Shown here piece after piece: positions 11,527-24,746 of a DNA stretch of 64,000 nucleotides. A program made the position numbers and the translations under genes. Origin of the DNA: Podospora anserina (taxonomy: Eukaryota); contig CM030337.1 of NCBI GenBank assembly GCA_017654855.1, forward strand, positions 682,001 to 746,000, in the 5' to 3' direction. The notes below the pieces were generated by a model that saw nothing but the letters and a program-made list of their open reading frames with translations, had not been told where the DNA came from and made no database searches. The stretch's first letter is position 1. Every line of letters starts with the position of its first letter.

Positions 11527-14500
11527 GGCGACGGCAGTTATTCGGTGATGCCCTTGGAAGGGGGAGAAGGCTGTAAGGCTAAAGCAGCTTGAAAAATCGT
11601 GTTGTGCGTTGATTTGACCGTCGGCGTGGGAGGAGCTGCAGAGGTGCCCGACTGGAACTTGGGGGTATATAAGTGAGAAAAAAAAATGTGCGCGGGAACG
11701 AGCCAAAGGGGAAGAAATTGGGCGAATGGCACAGATGGCACAGGCGGCCCCGGCAGACCAGGGGGTACTTTGGACAAGGGGCGGAAGGGCGGGAACAAAA
11801 GTGCTCCAAGGCTAGAAAAAGACCAAGAATGGGTGGTGTCTCGGAGTCGGGTTGGGCCTCAACGATAAAGAGCACTAAAGAGCCTAACCGAGAATGAGGG
11901 TATAAAAAAACCAGATTTAGCCCCAGGTCAGGAACGAAAATCTCGCTTGGTGTGCAGGAGGAAGAATGAAAAGGCCGAATTTCTCACCGTCGCACACACC
12001 TCTCTCCTCTTAAGAATCAGAAGGGAGGGAGGCTCTGGGAGGGGTCCGGCGCTGTTGCCTCGCGCCTGTTACGAATTCAAGGACCACTGGACTTAAACTG
12101 GACAAATCGACTGCGCGACGGAGCACCGCCCGGCTACCAACTCAAACTTGACGCTTTTGGGCAAATGGTGGTGGATTATGTCAGTGAGATTTTATTCCCC
12201 CTCTTCTCCGTCCGCTCACCCTAGGTACCAGCCAGTCCTGGGCATTCAAACAACAAAAATCCGTGTTCGAATGTGGCTCAATCAGCAAGGCGACGAGAGA
12301 TGGTGTGCGGCAGTGCTCCGGAATCCTTTGCGAACCACCACCAGAGCCTGGCGCCTCTGCCTGTCACCAAGGCAGTTTTCTTCTGCCTGTCACACAAGGT
12401 CCAAGCATGCCAAGCTTCCAGTCCGAATGTCTTCTTACACCGAGGGTTTTTTTCCCCCCTTTTTTGCGGGACGTGTGTGTGGAGATTCTCCCATCCATAT
12501 CAAAAACCACACCATATATCAAGCGGTCGCACCGTCCGTCTGGCGAACCACGACACTGGGAGGAGGGTACGGCGGGCCGTGGCGGGCGCACGACAGTCTC
12601 TTTGTGATCATGAAGTCGGCGACGAAGAATTGCACTTTTGTCTTGGGATAACCAACCACAGAGCTCAGACGGCCACAAGCCAGAAATAGAAGAAAGGGCG
12701 CGCTTGTTGGTGGTGTTGGGCCATGGAGTAGCGCGACGGACGGTGAGTCACCGTAATTGTCGGTTATAGGATGTCCACATTTATGCGTTCCATGCAGCCC
12801 TTTTTCCCCCTTCATCTTCTGCTTGTTTTTGTGTGTTTCAGATTTGCAGTCTCATGGAATCCCAAGAGGACTCGTGTTCTGATTAGCTCCCGACCCGCCA
12901 TGGTCAGTTGACCGTTTTCTGCCAGGCCTGCGCTCGAGTGTGTGGACTCCCCTGTTTGTTCTCGAAGAAATGGATAGGGCTGAGCTCCACCCAAAGCAAT
13001 GGCAGGGGAAAGACCATCACCAGTTGATCGGATTCAACAAGAGGTTGTCCAGATGGCAAAACAGGATCAAACATCACGATATACCGTCATGTGCCCCATA
13101 ACCATCGCTCCTGCCCAACCTTTGACATCACCATCACTTGATACCGCTCCTTCCGTCCTCCGTACTCCTCCAAATCACACCATCTGATAACAACCCACGA
13201 TCTAGATTCCCGCAGCACATACCTGTCTTTTTTCCCTCCTGAGTGATCACTCACCCAGCACCATGTTACATCCGTACGCAACGCTTCAGCTCACCATGGG
13301 TTCCGTGACTCTTTTGCCGGCAGCAGCACGGTTACCTGGAAGGATCAAGAAGCATCATCACCAATCCCCGTAACCCCATCCCAGCCCTACCATCGATGGA
13401 GAACCACCAAACGGGTTTGCTCCATCAAACCCACCAGTGACTCCGCCGCCGCCCACACGCCGAGAGAGAAGTGGAACTACTCCTCCGTTCCACTCTCTTC
13501 TTCCCGCCATCACAGGAGCTCCGTCAGGGTCACCACATTCTTCTGCCCCACCCCGGCCCGGAAGGTCACTTTCTTCTCTCTGCCGGTTGACTCAAGCCAA
13601 GCCAATGTTTCTTTAGCTTTCTCATGTACATATGCAACTTTACCCTCCCCTTCCCAACCAACCGCGCGCGCATTTGCGACGAGGACGGATGGGGATCGAC
13701 GAGCAGCAGCCGGACGGCTGATGCCTTGCGTTGCGTTGCGCCTGCAGTGATTCTCACTGCTGCCCCGCACCACCATGCCCCACCCCGCACTTTTCTTCAC
13801 CCCTCCTTCATCTTTTTGATCCTCCTCCGCTCATATGAGCGCGATAGATAGGGTATGTAATTTCAAAAAAGCGCCATTGCGCACTCCACCCTCCCTGTTC
13901 TTGTCACAGAAAATCCTCCGATATGTAATGTAGCTGCCGAGATGTGTCACACGACACAAACAAGACATCTATCTATAAAAGAGACAAAGGGGATCGAGAC
14001 ATGGATAACAGGGAATAGCATGTTCATGAGGGATAGATTATCTATCATCTGTCGACAGTGCTATCGAGTGCTACGTCCGAGTCCGGAGTGCGGCCAGCAC
14101 GAGCATTGTCCGGAGGAGGGTAGAATGATGGGTGGGTGGTATCCGTGGTGGTTGGTTGACACGGGGATTTTCCGCTCTCTCTCGCCTCCGGGCGGTTTTT
14201 ATCGATCTATCTCTGTGAAATTGCGGGGGAGGAGGTAATGGCTTCCGGGTAGGACTTTTTGATTTCGGGGAGATAGACCAGATAAAGGTGAAGCAGGTCA
14301 GTAGGTGAGAGATGCCAAGGTGAGTGCGTGCGCAGGTGCGTATTTTTTGCGCGTGCGAGATACAGTGGTCTGAACTATGGGGTTTGTATGCACGTTCGAA
14401 AAAGGGAAGCTTGTTAACACCGAGGTGTGGGTTTCCCTTTTTCGGGCTGTAGGTGCAGACGTTTCAGTTCGGCCAGGCGTCACCTCATCCTATCCATACA

Positions 14501-14576
14501 ATCTTGAGCTGACGGCGGCGGCAGCTACACCGGATGAATAGCCCTACCGGTCTGGAATCTCGACACAAACCCCACC

Positions 14577-14625
14577 GGTAAGGTAGGTAGGTAGGTAGGT
14601 AGGTATGTTCCTACCTGTAGGTAGG
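14577..14625. repeat. (AGGT)6 microsatellite followed by CCTACCT-gt-AGGTAGG inverted repeat
   Basis: Directly visible. Confidence 0.85.
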
Positions 14626-16630
14626 CGCCATGAGGCGGATGGGGGAAATCTGCCATGTTTATGTTTGTGTCCAAGGTGAGGCGAGCGAGGGTATCACCGT
14701 CTCACCTTGCCCGTTGTTCCACGGGCAAGGTCCCTTCTCCGGGCGCGGGCGGTACTTCCGATGTCAAATCAGTTGTTTTTGTGCAACCTGAAATCTAAAA
14801 CATCCATCACGGGGGCTGGTGAAGCTAACTCGATCTCGTATTTGTTTTCGTTCCACAATCGCCATCGTTCGTCATTCCCCCTCCTTTCCAGCAGGGTGGA
14901 TTTGGGCGGGCTTGGTTTCTCGTTCGACACAAGGGCGCTGCATGATGCATACCAAGAATCCTTCTGCTGTGCAAGATCCCCACTCTGAGCCTCAACCAGG
15001 GTAGTTTGCACAGCCGATGAGAGCTGTTGGTTCGTGACGTCTGTCTTTTTGGTCCTCTTCGATCTGTTTTTCATCGGCTTCGGCTATTTTGACATCTGGA
15101 CTGCATACGTAGACTGGGGATTTGCGGCGTAGTCAACGGCGAGGACCCCGGCAAGGAGGAGCCGAAGCCGCGAGGGGGAGGCCGCGTAGATTTTCTAGGG
15201 GTGAGGTGGGAGGGGAACGGGACCGCAAAGCAAGGTAAAGCCGTCAGGTGTAGACGGAAGGATTCATATCATATCAGGAAGGATTCCCAGATGTGCGGTA
15301 CCCTTATCCGGATGGTGTTGAGATAGGTATGGAAGATTGCGTGTAAGGCGTGCGGTCCTCTCACTCACCCACAGTCCGAAGTCTAGCTCATGTTCGCCAC
15401 TACACACGCACCTGGGGAAGTGACCCAAAATAATAATTAGGCAAATACAGAAATCATAACCCCGAGTAGACATAATTCGAAATGTTGGTGTGTGGGAAAA
15501 TGTGGGGAAAACCCCTCTGCCTGCCTGGAGCCTGCCTAAACCGACCAGTTTAAACCATTTTCCTTGACGGAATGCCCCCTCAACCTCAGCTGTCATGATC
15601 AAGAAACTCCGTTGCGATATCATATCGAAACATACTTCCGAAGGGGTTGAAGCCAAGGTTGATATTGGCCCCATTATTAATATGTCCTGTTTTTTGTGTC
15701 TCGGTAACACGAAACAAATACGGTTGTCAGTTCGGCAAAGCAGTCTTGAGTAACCACCACCACCAACAACCAACCAACCAAATCCCATCTCTTTACCGAT
15801 ACTGTAGAGATTCAAACCCTCTGTTCTTCATGAAAAGACAAAACCACTCATCACGTCTCACAAACCCTCTAAAAACACCAACCACGTGTATAGATCATGT
15901 TGTACAATATCTCCAAAAAAAAGTCTATTTTTTTTGTCTGCCTCGGCTCTGCTGTGATCCGGTTTTTTGTGTGTGACGATTGTTCTGTTGGAGTATTTGT
16001 ATCAAAAAGAAAAAAAATCCATATTCATATTCTGCTGTGAGGCATATCCCTCTTGCTGCCCTGGCCCACCCATTCCCTGTCCCTGCTGTCGTGAAAGTTT
16101 GCTTCCGTCTATTGCATCTTTACGTGCTGCCATACGTCAAATTCTGTAACGTTTCTAAACCATCCCAAGAAAACAAAGTCCAAAAGCAAACCGCAGCAAT
16201 TCCCAAACCCCCCCATACCGTGATACCTTATCATTATTCGTACAAGAAGTGAAAAAAAAGGGATGTTCGTGCTATTCTGTAGCGATCCATCAAAAAATAC
16301 CCAAAACCGAAAATATGTCGTTGTAAGAAAAAGCCAAATGTAGTTATCGTGAAGGAAAAGTTGAGAAAACAATCTGAGGTGCAGCAAAGAAAGCTTGATA
16401 TGTTGAGGTCGATGTTGTCTTTTTTTCTGGTTTTCTGATCGAATGGTTAGTATTCGAGGTTGCCAAGTCATCGGCGAACTGACTCACTCTTTCATCCCCA
16501 TCAAGCCGGCATCCAATGTATAGCTCAGAGAAACAACCGCTGATGACCGCGAGAAGCCCGAGAAGGAAATGTCTGTCGTAATGTACACGCCTCATCGGCG
16601 AATGGTTTTGTCCTCAAGTTCCAAAACCGT

Positions 16631-17296
16631 TCAAGGGTGACGTCGCCGTAGCCGCTCATTCTCCCTCCGAAGCGTCTCGACCTCGGCCTGAAGCACCCGG
16701 TTGGTAGCAATGTGCTCATCGAGATTGTCACGCATCCGGTCAATGCGGCGGTTGGCGTCATCGTATCGTCGGCGCCACTCAGCAACCTGCTGCTTCATGG
16801 TCTCGTACTCAGTGCCGACATATCTCGCTTTGGCCTCAAGAGCGTCCTTGAGCTGACGGCTGAGGTCCCGGATCTTGGTCGTGAGGTTGCTGTTCTCGAG
16901 CTCGAGAAGGGCATTCTTCTTGCGGGCCTCGCGTAGCTTTGTCGATTTGCGGGCTTCGCTGTCAGAGTTGCTTTCGACTGAGCGGCGAAGCTCCGAGTTG
17001 AAGGCCTTCTCCTTGCGGACGTCCTCCTCTAGCTCCTGGACCTGGACCCGGAGGATGTGGTTCTCACGGAAGAGCTGGTCGTAGGTCTCGCGGCTTACGC
17101 CGCCGCCGCGTTCACGGCCCTGCATGTCGGCGACTGGTGTTTCGTCCCAAAGGGTGTGGACTCGTTCGGCACTCCGAGTACGACTGCGAGGCTGGCGAGG
17201 TCCTCGGTTTACGCTCCGGGTGCGACGAATATGGACCTCGGGGACGCCTGGTGTCGTTGACTCAAAGTGCACTCTGTTGCTTCGAGGGCCGTACAT
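16631..17296 (-). CDS. Uncharacterised coiled-coil protein (MYGPRSNRVHF..., 221 aa)
   Basis: Intact ORF with a long heptad-rich C-terminal two thirds (LRVQVQELEEDVRKEK...LQAEVETLRRENERLRRR). Confidence 0.78.
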   Translation of the reverse strand: MYGPRSNRVHFESTTPGVPEVHIRRTRSVNRGPRQPRSRTRSAERVHTLWDETPVADMQGRERGGGVSRETYDQLFRENHILRVQVQELEEDVRKEKAFNSELRRSVESNSDSEARKSTKLREARKKNALLELENSNLTTKIRDLSRQLKDALEAKARYVGTEYETMKQQVAEWRRRYDDANRRIDRMRDNLDEHIATNRVLQAEVETLRRENERLRRRHP

Positions 17297-20200
17297 ATAG
17301 GAAGCGGGGGTCTCTCTCAGTGGTGGATAGATGTTGATGTAGGCTGCTGGTGAGCGGATGTGTCTGTAGGCGTGAATGGTGACGGTGTTGGTAGACGACT
17401 GAGTTAAAGATAGGTGAATGGTGAAGAGCGGTCAAGTCGAGGGACCAGACGGTGTGGGAACCTCGATATTTAAGTAAAATGGGGGGCAGTGACTATGGGA
17501 AGGCTCCGGGTTGCAGGAGATGCAAGCAATCGTGCATGTAAGTGCGTCAGGCAAGGTACGTAGCTTTGAGCGAATGAGATGGGAGAGAGACCCGGCCAAG
17601 GGCTGGACGGCTGAAGAGGCCTATCTTTTATGGGAATGACTCCCAGGCACCGGTCTGGTCTGCGGTCCCCCAAAACAGGTAGTCGGCGGACGGGGAGGGA
17701 CGGGAAAGAAAGAAAGAAAGAGAGAATGACATGACTGATGGTATACAGGTACAACATTAAAAGACGCTTTGCAGCGTGGAAAGTAATGTCAAAGGTGTAA
17801 CTATGTAACAGCCGCAGGTGAGGGTGGACAGGGGTTCGAGGTGAGAAGACAAGGCGCTCTCTGTATAGCACATAGCCACACTGGGCATTATCTGGAAGAG
17901 GGAACATATTGGGTAAACGTCAGCAAGTAGACAGGTTAGTCACCTTGAGTACAGTAGCCCTAGACCACTTGCTTCTGGGATGGTGCATCCTGGCGGCCGC
18001 TAGAGAGAGATGACTGCTCGAGATCATCTTGATGCCTGGCGTCGTGGACTCTTAGTCCTAGACGTCCGGGTATGAGCATGCATGTGGTCCACTGGAGAAA
18101 ACTATTTCTCTGTGATGTAGTCGGTGTTTCAAGTAGGCAGTGCAAACATGTTCGTGGAGTTGATGAGGGCATCCGCAGGAGGTTGGAGTATCCATTGGTT
18201 CTCGGCCTCTGGCATGGGGAACCACGGACAACTCACAAGCTATTGTGAGAGGTGAGTATCAGTCTCAAGATTGAGGTTGCGGCAGATCGACAGGCCGTAA
18301 CCTTAGGCAGTGGTGCGGCGGTTGTTGCGAAACTGTCGAGATAGACGCGATGTGAGGTCACTCATTGACATTGTTGGTTGGTAGAAGAAGTTGAGGTAAC
18401 CGGAGGCCTGGGCCCTAAGCCCCCTCCATTGGTCATGTCAGCCAATCAGCGATGCGTGTGGGAGAACCCTGGGCCCACATTTGATTATCTGGTGCGAAGC
18501 GCGCAGCATTGCATTGTAGCAACCACCACAACCAACAACACAATTGTGTTTCCGTATCTTTGTTCTCTCTCGGAGCCGGACCGCCAACATCGAAGCTTTC
18601 CTTGGTCAAATATTGTTTGTTTCTCGGAGCCTTGAGGACGAATCGACGGCCGTTTCCCTGCATCGACATTCCGGACCGTCCCACCAAGCAGGCTGTTGAC
18701 CTGTCGTTGAGCGTTTTCCTTTGTTTTGCTGAGTTCCGTCCTCCTTTCCGCATCACAATCTCGCAGCCGCATCGTCTGTGGCATCCATTTCGATATCTTG
18801 TTCCGCCTCTTCCTTTTCGACGGGGTCACGCCAGTGTGGGGTGTCCGGAGGAGGAGTGACGGCAATGTCAGTGTGGCTTGACAGCGTCCCTGCTCTTGGA
18901 GACGAGGCTGTGCGGCGCAGTAAGCACTTGCTATCCACATCTTGATGCTCCCTCTTACTGCCTCCCTCTTTTTCAGTATGGATAGCTCACAAAAGGCCGC
19001 ATATCTCTAATTGCTGTGCCAGTTCCATACATAAGCACTACCCTCCAACCTGCCAACTTTGCGCCTCTTTTCCCAGCCGAGCAAAGGAGGTGGTGGGCAG
19101 AGAGCAAAGGGGAGGCCTCGGCCAAAGCCTTGCGATTGCAACTCTCTCTTTCGTCAGCAGTTCCAGGACGATGCAGCCGCACGAGGCTCGCGCGAATCTA
19201 TTATGTGCTATTCGTCCAGACGCTGGTAATGGATGGTATTGGAGCCCTCACTGGTGAATTATTTCTCCTGCTAAAACAATTATCGTGGGCTATTTTCCTA
19301 CTCAGCCACACCTTTACCAGTGTAAAGGGCACCAATGCGGTACGGCACGTACAAGCGGCCTCAGGTTAGGATTCGGATGCTTGAATTGAAGGGTTTTGGA
19401 AAGCGACTTACCCTTTGGTTTCCGGCTTTGACAGCAGCAATATTCCACCTCTCTGCCGGTGTGTGTAGCACCTGAGTGTCAGATGAAGCGCCAAATTCTC
19501 AGGTGGCGTTCTTTGCCCTTCCATCCCGAAGCCACAAGGCAGACAGAAGGGCATCCGAAAGGGATGGGAGGTGGTGGTGGAGGCGTGGTAGGAGGAACAT
19601 ACACCCGCGACACTGTCAACCCCAACCCTAGTGGTGACACAACCGGCGCAGCTCGACCTCCTCGCTCGGATAACTCCATGGGAACTCACACAAATGGGCC
19701 CCTTCGGTAACACATGCCCAGATCGCCGGATTCCCACCTTGAACAAGTTTTGCTGATCACAAGTGAGCGGCCGACGGGCCGTGATCCGCCCGTCGCCTCA
19801 TGGGCATATTCATGACTGATGGCATAGCGCCGAAGTCACACGGAATGTGTGTTCAAGTCCATGGTGTTGCCATCCGAGAAAAGCGAGACCGAATTTCCAT
19901 ACCCGCAAACATCTTCTCGCTGCCTCATCGCCTTTCGGCTCGTGACCTTGAAATAGAACCGCCCGAAATATCTAGCCTTTTGAGCCCTGGCACCCCCTAG
20001 ATATGACGAGTGGTTTACGTATACCAAGACAGGGTGTACTCTAGGGCCACGCTACCGGCCTGGTCACCGGCCTTCGTCATGGGGGGACAATCTGGGACAC
20101 GCACTACCTCCTGGGGAAGAAGGCAGAACGTGAAAGAAGGAAGCAGATCAGGCCAGGCCCCTCTGCCCAGACCGCAGATCCCTTCACAGACAACGGCAGG

Positions 20201-23200
20201 GTCCAGCGAGCCGGTTCTAGATTTGCGAACCGGACCGCGGTCTTCGCCTGCCCGTTTTCTTCCTCGCCAGGCCATCTCATCTACCGGTGTGGCCGAGGTG
20301 GCCACGGCCGGTTGCCTTGTTGCCCAGCTTCCTTCCTGATCTCCGCATCGGATGAAGACCACGGCGTTGCAGAGTTTTCAGTTGCCTTGTCTTCGGTAGC
20401 AAGATGTTGTGATGGCACTCCTCAACAGTTTCGTGGCCTGATGGCGAGACGGGCTCCAAGTCCTTGGCGGTCGTCGGCTGAAGTTCCAGCCCTGGAGCTA
20501 CATCCTGACTGGTGACACCACAGCCGTGTGGACAGTTCCTCGGATGTGTATCTTATGGATTCCTTTGGTTTCTGTCCTCTGATGTCGTGACTGGTCTGCA
20601 TCGATGGCATCCTCCCGCCTCTGTTCAACTGTGCTCATCATTTTGATACTGACCACAGCTCGAAGGATTCCCTCATGCGCTCAGTACTGCTATGCACAAC
20701 TGAACGAGTGCCGCACGACTTGCATTCGACAAGGATACCCCGCCAGCACACAGGCTGAGGAGCCTGGGGGAGATACACAACCATGCCACGGTTGTATACA
20801 CATCGACAGATACCTCGGCCTCACAACCAACCCTCCAGATCAAGACTATCCGCTCACCCATTGGCCTGTCTCCTCGGTGGTCAACCATCAAAATGGTACA
20901 TCATACCGAGCCAACAGACTCCCCTTCAGCTCTGCAAGGATGAACCCGTCCGTCAAGCGTCTCTGCTCATTTTTCAGTTGGGAAAATGGTGACAAGAGCA
21001 CCCGAGCAAGGCAGCAATATCATCTCCTCTCATCTTCTCCCCAGTCCCTCCCATCCCGTGGCCACACCCTCCAAAGATACTGACTGATAGGCCGTCGTGG
21101 ACTCGCCACATCGACAAACCGCTGTCTCGAGGGGGAAGCAGCGGCGTGGTTCCTGCAACTTTCCTCGATATTGACTGAAACGACAGGATACCCGCTTTGA
21201 AGCGTCCTGCTGCCTAACCCCCCTTTCTGTAATGTCAGGTATATCCACGCGGAGAAGGCATCATCATAGATTCCCCAGCCTCCTTCACGTCTTTGACCGA
21301 GGTGAAAAGCCGAAAATAGCGAAGGTATTGCCATCTGCCTTGTTCAAAGGGTTCAATACCCAATTCTTCGGGGGAAGTACAACCGAGAAGATCTCAAGGT
21401 AGACAAAGATCTGTGGAGATACTTCTGCCTTGATTTGCCCGGGTTGACTCCCATCTATTCGGGGGAAGTAGAACCGAAGTGCCCTCGAAGTAGACACAAA
21501 GATGCTGGATATCATCTGTGTGTGAAGGTAGGTACTTCTGCCTTGCTCGTGTTCCACCTTGCCTTGGTTATGTGGTTGTGACTCCTCAAATTCCACAGAG
21601 TCGGGTGGGTGGGCAAGGCAGGTATACAGACAGAAATGTCTCACGGGCGACTCGTTGGCTCTCGTCCTTCCTTGATCATGCCCGCTATCAAACTGTGACT
21701 CCCCAGATTCCACCTGTTCGGTAAGTAAGGCAGGTGGGCAAGGTACAGACACAGTGCCTCCTTTTCTCCTTGTTTCTTTGACCTTCCCTGACTCCTGATA
21801 TGTAGACCTGTGAGACGAGGACAAAGACCGAGCGGAAGCACAAGGAATCCCAACTCACACGTCCACCTTTTTGGGTCAGATCTCGATACGTAGGTAACAT
21901 CCCCTCGGGCCTCTCTTATCTATGCTTGCCAGACGAGATGATTGTGTATCAAAGCGGACCAAACCACACACCCACTTCCAACATGTACAGAGAGCGGGAG
22001 GTGTCAACGTACCTATCAAAAAGTGGCTGCCCATTTCTCGGTCATCTGTGATCACCAACCAACGACGATCAACTGTGTACCCCTTTCTCTTCATGCGGTG
22101 TTTGCCTTTTGGGGGAAAGGAAGCGGTAGGTACATCGCATCCGTCCCAACTGTCTGCTCGCTCTTGTGTACCTATCTCCCCAATCATGGTAAGTTGGAAG
22201 CGAGGTGTTCAGGCCGACACCGCGAACTCTCAGAACCGTTATATCGAACCCTGATGCTTACAAATGCCAATCCAACCAACAACTGAAAGGAAGCCCAGGT
22301 TGTACGGGTGAAGTTGGCGAAAGGTAGGTAAAAAAGCCGATGTGGGAAAACACCAGCTTCAGTGATGTGCCTGCCTGCTCCTTCACACCAGTGCTCGGTT
22401 AACAACTGCATGATCGAGACATAATCCGCATTCAGCTATTTCCTGGGCCGAGAAGAATCCCGACTGTGTTCAACGTCGTCCCAGTCGTGCCGCTTCTTTT
22501 AAGTCTGATGACCACTCCAGGTTGTTGGTGTTTCACGGTGGGTAAGGTAGATTGGGGTGGTGTTGTGGATGGGTGCAGTTGTTCAACGTTGTAACCTCGG
22601 CCTCCAGGACCTTTGGTGTAATATCGTGTGATTTTCTCGACAGATTCTGATTGTGGCAGTCGTCCATATCGATCCGATCAGTAAAGCCAGTTGTGCCGAG
22701 AGTCCGCAAAGGTGATCTTGACTGGACTTGTTCAACCTATGTATGGGTCTCGGCCTTTCTGCAGTGTCTGGTTTCATGGTCCCTCTTCCTAAGCTGGGAT
22801 GATTTTATGTATCGTTTGATCACGGCCGTATAAAAGTTTCGATGTTCCCCAGTATGCTGGGATCGGTTCTGTATTCTCGTGGGCCGTCGTAGACTAGAAT
22901 TGTCGTGTTCCGTAGGACCGGTCATCCACCTAGGTGGTCTTGCTGTAGCAATCTAGACCACACCCCAACCCGGGGCATGGCAGTTCTTGTGCTTGTATTC
23001 CCCCTCCATTTTACCATATCGTGAGGTTGTGAGTCGTGTTCCAGAGGTACGCGTTGTGCGCTGGGCGGTGTCGATTGAGTACTCCCATGGTTGCTGCCAC
23101 AAGACGAAATGCCACAACTGAGAAATCAACAGCTAGAGGCCGGTGACAGCAAGTGGTATTTGAACTCCTCCACCCATTCACTTCAAGTCCGACATTCGTA

Positions 23201-23826
23201 CAAGTGTAGTAGCTGTGACGCGCAGCTGCGGTATGAGTAAGACTTCAACCAGGCTCCGTGACTTCGCCTCAATTCTTAGGTACCGATCCCATAGCCTGGA
23301 ACCACTGAAACCATCGTTTGTTCGATTCTTCCTTTGTTTGGGGATTGAATTCTCTCGCATGCTTACCGACTAGGCGTTTTGGCATATTCTTGGTGTAGTG
23401 GTGCAGTCACATCTTATGATTGGACAGTCGTTTACATTGATGACTGAAAGCGATGTTGGCGATAGTGCGCATGAACCTACAGGCACCCCGATACTACAGG
23501 CCTCGCAAACTCGGGCAAACCGGAAACCAGGTCGTAGATCACTTTAGACCTGGAGTGCGGCCCAAGTGGTCGCTGCTAAAGGCCTTCGAATAGGTCTTTG
23601 CCTTGGTCCTCACTGTCCTAAATGAGTAACATCGACTGACACCTGGCCCACATCAAGCCCATCCGAAATAAGGTCTTGCAGACCAAGATACTTTAAATGA
23701 AAATATTCGCTGGTTGTCTATTTCTCTGCTATAATGGCCCTCGGCAGGCATTATCGTCGAAGACAGCAGGCCAAATCACCCTCTCACGCTGTCCGGCGGC
23801 AAGTATAACCCTCCAACTCCTTATCT

Positions 23827-24703
23827 TTAACAAGAAGCAGCAGCGGCAGCAGGTGCAGAGCCACCTCCACCACCACCCTTTCCACCACCCTCCTTCCCAT
23901 CCTTATCTTTGTTATCCCGACCACCACGCTTGCTCCGACGCGGGTTACGCCTGCTCTCCTTCGGTTGCTGCTCCCCAGCAGGCTTCTCCGGCGCGGTACT
24001 GTTCGACACAGCTGCCGGCGCAGGAGCTGGGGTTGGCGTAGACGCAGTAGTAGCAGAAGCAGAGGCAGCGGCATTCTTCCCCTGGGTAGAACCCGACGAC
24101 TGCCCCCCCTTCTTAGCCGTCATATCCTTCCTCTCCAGCACCTGCACTGTAGCCTGCGCAATCGTGACCGGGCTGGCGGCCATAGCTTTGGCGAGCCCAG
24201 CATGGTCTGTGAAATCGACATACGCGAACCCCTTTTTGCGATCAATATCCACTGAAGTAACAGTGCCATACGCCGACAAGGCATCCTTGAGCAGCGCCTC
24301 GGTGACACCCTGTGAGTGGTTTGCATGCTTAATGAAAGCTCGTGTCGCGCCTGAACTGGGAGCAGGTCCGGCGTTCTTCTTGGAATCTCGGCCGCCACCG
24401 CCATGCTTTGCTGGTGCATTTTTCGGTGCACCAGGTTGGGAGGGTGCGGCTGTCGTCGGTGTAGACTGTGATGCCGTAGCCGAAACAGGAGTGGCAGGTG
24501 CTGATGGCTGCTGACGCTGGGCCTGTGGTGTCTCTTTTTTCTTGAGAAGAAGCACAGGCTTGGCTGGTGCAAGTGCTGGTGCCGGAGGCGTTGTGTCGGC
24601 CTGCTTGTCGGCTTTATTATCCCCCTTTGACTTTCCACCCTCATCACCGCCGCCCCGTCTTCTGTTGCGAGACCTATTGGAAGAAGCTGTTGGTTGCTGC
24701 TGC

Positions 24704-24746
<43 letters not shown>

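Noticed and set aside
10333-11592. 419-aa hydrophobic + strand ORF
   Set aside because: Antisense mirror of the charged coiled-coil gene.
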